A stretch of DNA of 63,949 nt, the filler included, from Intoshia linei (Eukaryota > Animalia > Orthonectida), in NCBI GenBank assembly GCA_001642005.1. It is 14 parts of 14 records of this genome, joined end to end, with 100 filler letters (N's around TTAATTAATTAA, not from the genome) between each part and the next. Parts side by side here need not be neighbours in the genome. Positions count along the whole stretch, not along the records: positions 8,297 to 30,214 come from LWCA01000617.1; positions 30,315 to 34,087 come from LWCA01002037.1; 12 more parts are not named here. One strand, written 5' to 3'. The notes below the pieces were generated by a model. The model did not search any database. It was given only the letters and a program-made list of their open reading frames with translations, and had not been told where the DNA came from. Position 1 is the stretch's first letter. Every line of letters begins with the position of its first letter. Positions 13,101 through 34,187 of the stretch are shown here, piece after piece. The position numbers and the translations under genes are program-made.

Positions 13101-15072
13101 CTTAAGGGTTGGTAAAATTTGATTTTTGCCTTTTTTAGGCTTTGGGATAAATCTCAACATTTGACAACTCTGTAATAAATATTTAAAATTCTATTTATTT
13201 TAATCTCATACCTAAGACTATAATTTTGGACCCAAGGGGTCAATCACCCGAATCGGGAACCACTGAACTAAAGTAAAATTAAATTAAAATTTTAAAAATT
13301 ACTTGAATTTTTTATGCAAGTAAAACCACGACATTTTAATCAATTATTAAAATACCATATAGACATATAATAGATACTCTATTAGTGATGTAGTGAACCG
13401 TATAAATTTCCCTTTGTCATTTCCCGTATTAAAAAATCAATAATATAGATTTAGATTTAGTTAATAAATATAATTTTAGATCCCAATATGATAAATTTTC
13501 AAATATCGCAATTTAATGAAACGAGTGTTCGTATTTCGTGGGACAAATCAGCTATAGACATTTACAAATATAAAAAAATTAAAATTTTAATCAATTCTTT
13601 ATATGACGAATCGCAATTGTATTCTATCTATGTTTGGGATTTTCACAAAATAGTAACATTAGGTATGCTATGAAAATATTGAATTTGAATAATTTTTTAG
13701 AACCGAATCTAGTGTATACTATAAGAATGTGTGGAGATTTTGGACTGTGTATAATAAATTCAGTTCTCTATTCAATAAATTCAAATAGTAAATGTTACAT
13801 TATTAAGTTTATTTAGTTTTTTTAGATATTTTTCAAAGTAATGAATTGCAATATATTTATTTCGATGTATATAATATAACCATTAATACAGCTTCAATTA
13901 AATGGTCTTCTTATATGAGGGACAATGAAGTAAATAAATATTTATATACCTTGCGCTATGAGCCCATTCATGTGGATGGTATAGTTTTGTCACAAGAAGT
14001 TGCATATGTTCAATGGTAACATTAATATATCATTATAATAATTAATAATATTATATTATATAATAATATTAATGTACATTGTACAATTTAGTTCTTGTTA
14101 CGAAACCACACTTGAAAATTTAAAAGCTGAAACTGTATATTCTTTTTCAATCAAGGCTGAACCAATAGATCTTGCTCAATTAATGTGGCAAGGAAATTTT
14201 AATAGTGTAAAATATTTCAAGACACAAACTGGAAGTATAGATTTTATTGTATATACTTTACTGTGTTTTAGTTCCATCCGAACCTACCAACGTTGATTGG
14301 GTACCATTAAAAAGTTGTCTGGTTCGTATCACGTGGGATGAGCCAATTGTTACAAACGGTAAAATTTGTTTGTACAAACTAAAATACCGGGTCAAAACTG
14401 ATAAGAATTGGAAAATTATTTCTATTGGTATGCTTAAAATTTTTATGTTGATTTAATATTTTTGATTAGACGGGAGTATGAAAAGTTTTGATTTGGTTTT
14501 GGACAATAATAGCGACAATGTTGTCATTTTACAAGCTTCTACAATCAGAGGGTTTGGAAAATTTGCTAAAATTACAATTCATCAAACATATTCATCAGGT
14601 TTAATTTTTTTAAATGTTTTTAATTTGATTCACATTAGGTTTGCATTTATCTATAATATGCCTGATTGCTATTACCTTGCTTGTAATTATTGCACTTTCC
14701 ACAATGTTTGTTGTACGAAAGTAATTTTATAAATTATTTGTAAATGTTATACATATAAATATTACATAATATTACACCAACACATATTATTACATACATT
14801 TACATTTACATTGTATTACATATAAAATTTTTTATTTTTAAATTTTTAATTTTAGATGTATGAAAATTAAAATGAAACGTTGCGTTTCAGAGTATAGTTT
14901 AAATAAAAAAGACGCTTCTAATATTGAAGCTAAAGATAAATTTAGTCAAGAATCTGGGTATAAAACTGATCTTGAAAATAGTTGCATTAATGTAATATAC
15001 ATTGTCATCAAAATTTTACAATAAATTTTAGATGACTTTATCCTCCATCGTAGAAGAAGATTATCAATGTGA
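10152..15072 (+). CDS. DCC/neogenin/protogenin-family Ig-FN3 single-pass receptor (at least 3 Ig, 5 FN3, TM, ~60-aa tail); 5' end unresolved
   Basis: Ig motifs DSGNYSC, VILRC...FKWLIN, HCQID...WLKDG...SGIYQCIGKN. FN3 motifs PPPKNL...LKWDP...YKIIVHAVNKYGYSEP and VPSEPTNV...ITWDEPIVTNGKICLYKLKY. TM LSIICLIAITLLVIIALSTMFVV. Ends HRRRRLSM* with TGA at 15070-15072. Many small GT-AG introns. Confidence 0.85.
11945..13265. mobile_element. Non-autonomous hAT (Buster-type) element with perfect 8-bp TSD, intronic
   Basis: TIRs CAGTGGTTCCCGAT / ATCGGGAACCACTG. TSD AACTAAAG at 11937-11944 and 13266-13273 fits nnnTAnnn. The same TIR recurs at 50969. Confidence 0.9.
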
Positions 15073-15094
15073 TGATGTAATTTATATTTTTTAT

Positions 15095-15440
15095 TAACGT
15101 GACAGTTGTGTACTTGGTACAAACTACAGCTAGGTATAACGAGTTTTTAAAAAAAGTTTAAACTGGGGGTTTGATGGTGAAAATGTAATTTCTTAAGGTT
15201 GTAATTTATGTTAATCAGTATGATTTTAAAAACTATCCCCATAATATATGTTTTATAATAATTTAGAACATTTTTCATTTTTAAAACAAAGGGTAATTTT
15301 GGGTTTTGACCATGAAGGTGTACGTTCCTGAGGCTAAAATTTAGGATAATGTGTTAATTAATTACTTTAAAACGCGTTCCAGGATTTATGTTTTTTTTAA
15401 AATTTTGGGTTGATTATATTTTAAAAAAAGGCAAATTGGG
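15095..15440 (-). mobile_element. Eroded Helitron-family copy directly downstream of the receptor stop codon
   Basis: Hairpin-like TGTACTTGGTACA, plus body similar to the reverse complement of ~8690-8880. Confidence 0.5.
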
Positions 15441-16255
15441 TTTTTTACCTTAAAGGACTTAAATTCGGCAAATGAAATAGATGTCAACATCCCCTGCTAT
15501 ATTAGAAAAACTTTAAACTTAAATATTCGGTAACACACAAAGATATTTAATTTTATGTAAATAAAGGATGCTAAAAATTTAAAGATTGCTTTTTTTATCG
15601 TTATATGCATATCATGAACCATTATTAAAAAATTTGTATAAAATACAATACCCAAAACCTTGATTCGGCGACCTATGCAAAATTTTTTATAAAATTGTGG
15701 GATGCTTTTTCTAAATTGAGTATATGAAAAAAATATATTTTTCAATATTTTGAGTCATGAGTCAAATTTAAATTGTCTAGTTCATGGTCGAATCAATTAT
15801 ATTGTCATGGTTGACAATTTATATCAATTTACAATTGTTAATTTATTAATCTAGAAAAATAAAATTTGTTATGCTGGACTATATCATAATTGTCCACTTG
15901 ATACACTCTCTCTTGTCAATTTATCTACCAAAAAATGAATCATGTGCAAAAAAAATTATATATTTCAAAGGATTTAAAAATCTATTTATTTATTTATTGA
16001 TTCACTGTATATTAAGTTAAATAAAATTTTTTGTCATTTGTTTGTTTGTTTTTATATAATTTCGATGTAAATATTTTTTTCTAGATGTTTATGTTCACAG
16101 TCCGTACCCTTGCTAGTCTAATGCAGTGGTTTCCAAACTTTTTCCACCATGGAGCACTTGTCAATCTAAAAAATTTGTGTGGACCACATAATTTTTTTCT
16201 AAATCCCTGTAATTTTGAACACATCACTAAGGTATTGTTTATATTAGAAAATATT

Positions 16256-17085
16256 CTTAAACGCAACCATTTTTACTAAAAATCCACTTTTACCAACATT
16301 TAAATAAAAAATCCAAATTTTACCAACCCTTATGGGAAAACCCATTTTTACCAACCTTTAATGGAAAAATTCGGTTTTAAAAGCCCTTTAGAAAAAATTC
16401 CAGTTTTACCAACCTTTAAGGGAAAAATCCCAATTTTAGCAACCCTTATGGGAAAACACACTTTTACCAACTTTTAATGGAAAAATCGAGTTTTGCTAAC
16501 TTTTAAGGAAAAAATCCACATTTACAAACCCCTAAGGAAAAATCCAAATTTTACCAACTATTATGGAAAACCCACTTTTATATAACTTTAATGGAAAAAT
16601 TCGGTTTTAAAAGCCCTTTAGGGAAAATCCCATTTATACCAACCCTTATGGGAAAACCCAAATTTACCAACCTTTTCTGTGAAAAAGAAAATACAAACAG
16701 CGTACTTGGAGGGCTGAATTTTCTGAAACAGGCATGCAAAAAGAGAGTTAAACAATTACGACTGACAAAGGCAAGGCATATCATAAAACTATGGAAACCC
16801 TTGGTAGTTCCACCATATGATTTAACTGTTGATTTCACGTAAAAACTTTGATTGAATCTGATGCTTCCGGGATAACTTGTTTATCACTAATCTTTCTATT
16901 TGAGAACTTCATTTTGTTTTGTTTGTAATATTGAGTTTTGATGAGATACTCCGCAATTCTGTAAAACTGGATTTTTCCCTTAAAGGTTGGTAAAACTAAA
17001 ATTTTCCTTTTAGGGTTGGTACAACTGAATTTTTATTTTTAGTGTTGTTAAATTTTGATTTTTAGTAAAAATGGTTGGATTTAAG
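16256..17085. mobile_element. Foldback-like element: inverted arms of ~30-bp tandem repeats around a 280-bp unique core
   Basis: Left arm begins CTTAAACGCAACCATTTTTACTAAAAATC and carries GGAAAAATCCC..TTTTACCAACC repeats (16256-16676). The right arm (16961-17085) is the shorter reverse complement. Confidence 0.75.
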
Positions 17086-17108
17086 TAGACGCCCTTTATA
17101 TTATATAT

Positions 17109-17423
17109 CAGGGTGGTCCAAAGCATGGACGCGAAATTTTTTTAGTAATATATTATAAAAAACAATGATTTACAGAAATATCATAATTGATCTTTTTAGA
17201 TCTTTTCTACAATTATGACTTTATAAAACACTGATTATATTTTTAATTGTCGTAATATTCATATTTTGACACTTGTAGTAATATTTTGATTAATCTGTGA
17301 AATTTTGACTTATACTCGGCTTTGGAGTTCAAAGCCAAAGTTTAGACTATATTTTTTAATGTTGCCTCGAAATCTTAAAATTTAAAATTTTTGGCCATCA
17401 CTCGCTATGTTTGAACCACCCTG
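17109..17423. mobile_element. Tc1/mariner-type MITE
   Basis: Termini CAGGGTGGTCCAAA ... TTTGAACCACCCTG. Confidence 0.6.
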
Positions 17424-17748
17424 TTATACATTATTAGACAAGGTTTAAAAACAAAAACGTCTGGTAACCAATAAAACAAAATTTTCAACATTCTTAACTT
17501 GAAACGGGTAGTAACATAAAATTTGGAAAGTTTCCAAATATTTTTCCATATAAACTATATAATAAAGTCCACATCCAACATGTTAGGAAGGTAAAAAATC
17601 AGATTAATATAATATGAAAAGGATTCCATAAATCCACAAATTATTAATAATTAAATTATACACAATTTAACACTACAATAAAAAGTATTGAAGCGTTATT
17701 ATTCCAATTGTGAAAAAAACTTTATTATTAATACATTTTAATTTTCAA

Positions 17749-26631
<8,883 letters not shown>

Positions 26632-26937
26632 ATTTTGTAATTTCATTGCCTAATAAATTAATTCGTTTATTTTTCTTTGTATTGAACCGTTTAAGTTTTA
26701 TTATAAAACTGTCCAAGTAATAAAACTTGACAGGTTTATTTGAAAGTGGTTCCAACTTTATCAAAATGACATTTAAAATTTAAATGGTGGCTCATTACTA
26801 TCGTGTTATTCCATTACTCAAGTGCCACTTTATTTAACGGAAAATAGTTTTACTCAAATCTATGACAATACTCAATGTATAAAATGAGTAAATTAACAGT
26901 TGAGTAGTCTGGTTAATGCTTGCAAATATTATTCAAT

Positions 26938-28456
26938 ATGACTGGTAACAGCGACAGAAACATATTTGAGGTAATTCGTGATATATCTGCTGGTTAATTT
27001 TATTTTAGAGCTACTTTAATGTGTTTGACAAGTACAAATATCAAAAATTTTTTAAAAAACACAACTTTTTAATACCTTACGTGTGGAAATCAAGATATAT
27101 AATTATTCAGAGAGAACCAAATTCGTGTCCAGTTCTATACATTTATAAAAACATCAACACTACAAATCTAGGTAATTTTAGATTAAAATGTATTATTTTT
27201 ATTTATAGTTGAACAATTTGATATTACCAGTAATGTTACTTTTCGGAAGCGTAAAATAAACTCTAAATATTTTGTTCTGGATGTTTGTTTCCTCCAATCT
27301 AATACTATGGACACATCAAATACCGTTAGAACCCCAAAATATTCAAATGATCACGAAAATTGCCCTTCCCTTGTTTTAACAATTTTTACAACTGACCTTC
27401 AAAAATTTCATTTACTAAATTTTTTTTTACTCGCTCAATTCCAACTAAAATCGGAAATATGCATGAACCAACGAGGTTTGTTTTATTTTAAATATTATAA
27501 ATGTTTACAGATCACCTATTTCTGGTTAGATTGCTTAAATCTGAAAATATACACCAATTGGGAATTACATCATATACTTGTTTGATGCACATTTGTGATT
27601 ATGGTATCGTTTTATCTTTACAGGTATTATCTACTTTGATTTTATTATAATTTTTAATTAGCAATGCAAAAATGTAATAGGATATTGGTCTTGGAAAAGT
27701 ATTGAATGTTACGAGTTTAGCGAAGAAAATCAATTTTCCTTTAGTGCAGGATATCATTCTCGAGGCTCTTGGCCATTATGTACGTATAAGTTTGATACCC
27801 GCCATAACAAAAATACTGAAATCTTTAAAATTTGTAATGATATAAGTAGAAATGTCAGATTAAAGGGCGTATATGAGACTACACCCATCAAGTACACTGC
27901 AATTTTACCGTCTCAAGATAACTTTGAATCTCATTTAAGAAGAGTATCCCGAGGAATATATGACGAATTTGAACAATATTTTGGCACTCTCCGGGCCAGT
28001 CGACGAGCACAAAATACTTATGAAAATGGAGTTGGTCGTAGTAGAAGTAAAAAATCTACCCTTAGTTCTTCAAAATCTTTTTGTGTTAAAAATACTGAAA
28101 ACGGATTTTCAAAGTCTCAATCACAGTCCAAATTTCGTTTTAGTAATAGATCTTGGTTGGTTGGGTCAAAACGACATAGACGACAAAATGGTTCCGACAA
28201 TGACAAAAATTCTAACCATCTTGCCAACAATTCAATTGCTGAATCTTTGATTGAAGATTCACCTAAACAGACTTATATTTTCCCAGAAATACAAAACATT
28301 AATCCTTCAAATCTGCACAATACTTGCATAATAGAAAAACCTCCGCAAATTACAAATAATACTGTATCTATCCCTAACATTCCATTAAGACCGGTTAGAA
28401 GTAATTCTTACACATCGTTATCATCTAGTTCAGAATATCTGTCGCCAACACAGTAA
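26938..28456 (+). CDS. DOK-family docking protein (PH + IRS-type PTB + Tyr-motif tail); exons 26938-26970, 27009-27171, 27209-27475, 27511-27623, 27662-28456
   Basis: Phase-consistent splicing. PH-like WKSRYIIIQ...VLYIYKN. IRS-PTB-like GYWSWKSIECYEFSEENQFSFSAG...YKFDTR...EIFKIC. Tail with YETT, YDEF, YENG and YLSP. Confidence 0.75.
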
Positions 28457-28480
28457 TGTATATATTAGTAAATTTGTTTA

Positions 28481-29608
28481 TTATCTTTTTATATTTTTAA
28501 TATATTCTCCATAACTTTTACAGTTATGTTTACATATTGGTAATTTTCTCGTTAAATCACTAAAAGTTCCTCCAACTTGATTTCGATGTTCTAAATTTTT
28601 TTAATTATTTTTCAAAATTTTTAAATCTGTACGTGGGCAATGTCCTGTGTATAAAGGTATCATTCCATCGTGTTTATATATTCTGTTTGAAATTTGTTTT
28701 CTAATTAATATCAATTATAAAATACACTTTTTTTTTTTACTTAATTCCAGAGTTGATTTCATATTTATTTGGTTTGTTCTTGTTTTGATCTGAACCAAAA
28801 CTTTGTAAACTTTTTTTAGAAGCTTCATGATATCTGGCTCCCAAACCTGTCTCGGTATTGTTCATTCTTGGGACATATCCCTTGTATCCAGGTATCGGAG
28901 GTTCCATTAAATTTTTTATTTGTTCTGGAAATTACTATATGATTATTCTACTAAAAAAAATTACGAGATTTTATGTTACAACTTTGATAATAGTCTAATT
29001 CATTTTTTAATTGATAGTCACTCATTTTACGGGTCATACTTTTTTTGTATGCTTCTTGTTGAGCTAGATCAATTTCTTGACGGATTTCATCTGTTTTTTC
29101 TTGATTTTTAAGAAAATTGTGTATTCCATCTTGGCATAACATTCGATATCTCTTTCCAAATAAAAATGGCATGAATGGTACATAACCGGTGTAACCAGGT
29201 ATTATACCTGAAACATATTTCTTTGTTCCGGATATGTCTGGAAGCATTTCTCTCAATGTTTTTCCAATTATCGGTTTTTTGAAATCTACTGCCTTGAAAT
29301 GTGGGGAATGCTAAAATTAAATAGTTACAACAGAAATCAAAATATTATATTAGATAAAGTCGTTTAAAATATAGTTATTTCATCAGCCACTAGTATTTCA
29401 CATTGTATTCTCTGTGAAACATGATTATATGTCATTACTTTCGATAAAAGATGAGTTTCCGTTGAAAATGTGTGTCCAAAATGAAATTTTTCTTGAGGAC
29501 AATATCCCTGGTATCTAAAAAATAAATATTTACAAAAATGTTATTAAAATACCCCGGAATATGAGATCCCGGTTTAAGAGTATTAAATTCATTATATTTT
29601 GTATCCAT
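28481..29608 (-). CDS. FAM166: FAM166/CIMIP2 ciliary microtubule inner protein
   Basis: Repeated motifs HIPGYQGYCP, GIIPGYTGYVPF, PIPGYKGYVPR and GMIPLYTGHCP. ATG at 29608, TAA at 28481-28483, small introns. Confidence 0.9.
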
Positions 29609-29959
29609 TATATCGAACTAGTGTTTAAAATGTAACATAAACAAGTAACCCAATTGTAAATTTGTTTTCATTTTTTAAAAGGTGGAACTAGATTTACTAC
29701 AAAGGATATTCATTTCAATTGAATCATTAAATTCACTCTAGAAAAATTGTCCATATTGCCTCCATTCACGTGAACTCTTTTCGTCTTAGTTCAACAGTTG
29801 TAAATTTAATTTATTGACAATCTAATAATTAATTTTTATTTAGTTTATTAGTGTATATTCTATTTAAATTATTATTTTAATCATTTTGTATTTTTAATCC
29901 AATTTTTAAGAGTTTTTGGGGTCCAAATTTTACGAGAGATTTTTTGGATTATTTTTATC

Positions 29960-30214
29960 AAAGTTTAAAAGGTTAAATTAATAAATAAAAAGAATTGATG
30001 ATATTATTTCGGCATTTTATAACACTAAATTTATGTTCCATTCAATATAATAAAAGATTTTACCCTACCACGAAGTAAGCAATTTGATAGCCTAGAACAA
30101 CTTGTGCTGTTGATATATATACCATATCAAGAGATGTAAAGAGGTAGAAAGTTTGAATTAAATTGGGAAAGGTTACATTTTTCACCTAGCACAATAGCTG
30201 TCGCGAACTGTAAA
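29960..30214 (+). repeat. Dispersed repeat closely matching 12728-12975 (nested in the Buster element)
   Basis: Direct match of about 245 bp, both copies ending GCTGTCGCGAACTGT. Confidence 0.85.
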
Positions 30215-30314
30215 NNNNNNNNNNNNNNNNNNNNNNNNNNNNNNNNNNNNNNNNNNNNTTAATTAATTAANNNNNNNNNNNNNNNNNNNNNNNNNNNNNN
30301 NNNNNNNNNNNNNN

Positions 30315-31553
30315 AAACTGTTAAAGATACATTAAAAAATGATCTATTGTCTTTTAAACTAAAATTCTATTTGCATTTCTGAAAAAAATTACGGAAGACT
30401 CATAGCCTTACGATCTTTGAATAAGTGTAAGGGTGTTACAATATGACGAAATTCCAAATAATTTGGAGGAATTTAATCTAAATGATCAAATTTCAATGGT
30501 AATTTGCGATACAACAAGCGCAAACACAGGTAAAAACAGGGTGTCATAACATATTTAAAATTTATTATAACTAATTTTACTTATGAAAATTGTCGGTTTC
30601 ACATCCTAGACCTGATTTTAAAACATGTTTTTCTCGCAATCTTTAAAATAGATACAAATTTTTCAAACATACAATTTTCATTCGTCACAACACTTAAATA
30701 AAATTTTTTATTGTTAAAATCACAATATACTGGTGAAATTGAAATCCAAAACAACACAGTTATTAGTGGTAATTGGCGCAATGATTACAAAGAATTGCAG
30801 AATCTTATTGACGCATACAAAACTCTCAGAAAATTTAAACAAAATACTATCATCAACTTCATAAAACCTGGATGCATTTCAAATGATCGATGGAATGGCA
30901 GAGCATTATATGCTCTAAAAGCCTATATTATAAACATAGACAGATCCCCTCAAGTTAAAAAAGTTTGCGATTTTATCGTTGATATTTGGTCTCAATTTTG
31001 GTTCACCTGCAGATATCAAAGATTTGCAAAATGGAATTCGTTCAAAGAAGAATTGTTATTAAATGTAACATTACTATTATTATTATTATTTATTTTAGTA
31101 TCCTAATGTATTAAAATGCTTAAATAAGCATTGGATTCGTGAAAACCCTTTCAGTAATAGACTTAATATTTCATATACAGATGAAATAGCAAAAAGAGCT
31201 TTGAAATGCATGGATGAATATTCGATCAGATGCAAATCGGATGAAAAATTAGAACTAATTTGTATACAAAAATTTAATAATTACAATTAAATTATTTGAT
31301 TTACCAATAATTCAATATAATCAGAAGGGTACGAGGGTAAATAAAACGTTACCCACAACTACGGATGTAAATAAAGTTATATTAGCTAAGTTATTTTTTC
31401 ATTATTTTTAAAAATAAATTAACTTGTATCGCCTGAGTAAAATACTGTTAAATAAAAAACTAAATATTGTATCATACTCTATATCAAAAATGGGACATAC
31501 ACTGAAAGATACGTTCTCAATTTCGAAAAAAAATGTCCATTTAGGACACCCTA
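30315..31553 (+). mobile_element. hAT-superfamily (hATm-like) transposase relic with right terminus
   Basis: ICDTTSANTG, HILDLILKH, KPGCISNDRWNGRALYALKAY and TDEIAKRALKCMDEY. Terminus GGACACCCTA (TAGGGTGTCC). Confidence 0.65.
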
Positions 31554-31575
31554 TTATACAGTGTATATGTTACAT

Positions 31576-31974
31576 TAGAGTGTCACACTCATCAAAGAAT
31601 CAAGGGCAATTAGCACTGAAAGTGTGTATTTTTAAAATATGAAAACTAACTGCATTGAATACAATTTAAATAATGTAAATTGCCAGAATTCGAGAAATTA
31701 AATCGTTAATAAAATCCAAAAAAATTCAGTTAGGAACAAATTTAAAAAAATAACCTGTATAACTAAACATGGAGAACAATATTATAAACTTGGTACCACG
31801 TTTAAAAGCTCAAACGCCATATTTTTAAAAGGGATATTTAAAATTACAAATGCAACTTGAATAGATAGCGTTAAATGTTTTTGATTGCAAATTAGTTATT
31901 CTATTTTAAAAATACACACTTTTAGTGTTAATTATCCATCGAATTCTATCATTTTCAAAACATGTGACACCCTA
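31576..31974. mobile_element. MITE with ~100-bp imperfect TIRs and TAG(A/G)GTGTCACA termini
   Basis: TAGAGTGTCACA...GCACTGAAAGTGTGTATTTTTAAAATA mirrored by TATTTTAAAAATACACACTTTTAGTGT...TGTGACACCCTA. Confidence 0.7.
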
Positions 31975-32938
31975 ATGTACATTATACAGACTAATTCCTA
32001 TTTAACGGAATTCCTTTATAACGAAATTCGTCATTACTGGGGAAAAATTCCAACGGAATGTGAATTTTTCTGAAGTAAAAAAAATTTACTTCAGGGCGCA
32101 CCTGTTAAATAAATAAAAATTATGGCGCACATTAAATTTTAATAAAAAAAATAATCAAAATTCGAAAATGTGCAAAGATTATAAATAATAAAAATATAAA
32201 ATTATAATAAGGCTGCATAATTATGGAGTATCAAATAAATCGGATTAAACATTAAAATAACAGTATTACAAAAAAATTTATAATATAATGCACAAGAATA
32301 ATGCTTTTGACAGTAACTAATGAATTTTTGCATTAATTTAAAAGTTTACTAGGAATTAAAATAAAGCTACAGGAAATAAAGTTTTATTTCAGGCAATTTG
32401 CAATTATCAATTATTATACATTGCTATCATCAATTGCTATTTAACTTAATTAATTAGAGTAAAATAAGAGATTAAAAAATTTTTTAAAATTTATAATTGA
32501 ATTGGATAAAAAAATATTCTCTGGTGTTGTTGTAATTTTTATGTAAATAGTTAAGTTGTATCTAAAGTGATCATGGTGATTTTGTACACGTGAATAAATT
32601 GTTAATTTATAAAATCCTTAAATCATTACAGGTGTGAACACCATAGAATATTTTTAATTTTTTTGTAAAATGGTTTGCAGGTAAAAAATTAATCTTAATA
32701 TTTCAGTTTCAGTTTTAACTTGGGTCTGTAGTCTAAATAAATAACTTCAATTAATTAATTAAGAAAATAATGAATGCGTTTAAGTGATTTTGTTAAACTA
32801 AGTTTTAGTTACTAAAGTTTGCTCTATAGACAATTTTTGAAATAATAATATAGCGGTATTCTCGACTTTTAAGGAAACTTTAAAAGCCAAATGGCAACTA
32901 TGCAAAATCTACGTAAAATATTTATATAAAGTTTATAT

Positions 32939-33412
32939 CAGCGGTTCTCAACCTTTTTTAGGCCATGGGTCAAAAAACTTTTGCCTTAAATTCCATGGCC
33001 CACCTTAAAAAACTTTAAAATATCTACTTTTATTTAAAGTAAAATGCTATATTTATTTAAATTTTAAAGTATCAAGAAAAGTGTTAAAAAATAATAATCA
33101 ACAAGTAAATTTAAATTTATACTAGTTAGTGACTGCCTTGGCATTGGTGTTTGTTGCACAATGAATCGTAATCAATTTCTATTAGTTTTAATTAATTTTA
33201 AATTTTAATATCAGCATGTTTTAATTAATTAAGTAGATAAACTGGGGCACAGCCAAAAATGCAACTTTTTGATTGAAATATTTTAAATTGGCCTTCATAA
33301 AATTTGATTTAAACTTTTCAATTTGAAATAAAATGATATATTGCATTATGATCACATGGATTGAGTGCGGCTACACATAAACGCTTTCACGGTCACTGGT
33401 TGTGCACCCCTG
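32939..33412. mobile_element. hAT-type MITE
   Basis: Termini CAGCGGTTCTCAACC ... GGTTGTGCACCCCTG. Confidence 0.5.
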
Positions 33413-33559
33413 GAATAGATGCAACGAAATAGATTAAAAAATTATTTATCAATCATTTCATTTTCCAATTTTTTAATTATTATTATTTATGATAAATGAG
33501 GAAATTACGTACAATTTTCCAAATTTAATTTACATATACAAAAATCAATTAATAATCTT

Positions 33560-33944
33560 TCCAGGGTATTCGATATTTACTTTAATAAAAGGGCGACGTA
33601 TCTTTAATAGTGAAATATAGCATATATTACTTAAAATAGTCATATAATTTATTGAATTATGTAGATCCATGTCGTAATCATAAATGTGACCAAAGAAAGT
33701 GTATAGGACTACCACAAGATCGTTATTATTGCGCAAGTAATAAATTGTATTATGAAGAATACTGATACAAGAGTATGTTTTATAGATGTAGATATAAAAA
33801 ATGATTAGATACACATTTATTTCAATTTAGGCTGTAAAAAAATGTGTTTAAATAAAGGGATTTGCATCACTTCATTTCAGAATTATACTACTTTAGCATC
33901 ATGTCAATGTAACTATTTGTTTGTTGGTCCCATTTGCCAGCAAG
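33560..33944 (+). CDS. EGF-like domain gene fragment (possibly LDL-receptor/LRP family)
   Basis: Exons encode PCRNHKCDQRKCIGLPQDRYYCA and CKKMCLNKGICITSFQNYTTLASCQCNYLFVGPICQQ, bounded by AG/GT sites. Truncated by the contig end. Confidence 0.6.
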
Positions 33945-34187
33945 GTATATTTAATGTTTATAATAAATATTATTATTACTGATTATTATTATGATTACTG
34001 ATTACTTATTGATTGATGTTAAAAATTTGTCCATTTGGCCTTTTTTCTTGTGAATGTTACTTTTCTTTTTACCATTTTATGTTAAATNNNNNNNNNNNNN
34101 NNNNNNNNNNNNNNNNNNNNNNNNNNNNNNNTTAATTAATTAANNNNNNNNNNNNNNNNNNNNNNNNNNNNNNNNNNNNNNNNNNNN

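Noticed and set aside
16280-16680. Regular ~30-bp repeats resembling a CRISPR array
   Set aside because: The units are degenerate and contiguous with no unique spacers. There are no cas genes and the context is eukaryotic. They are foldback arm repeats.
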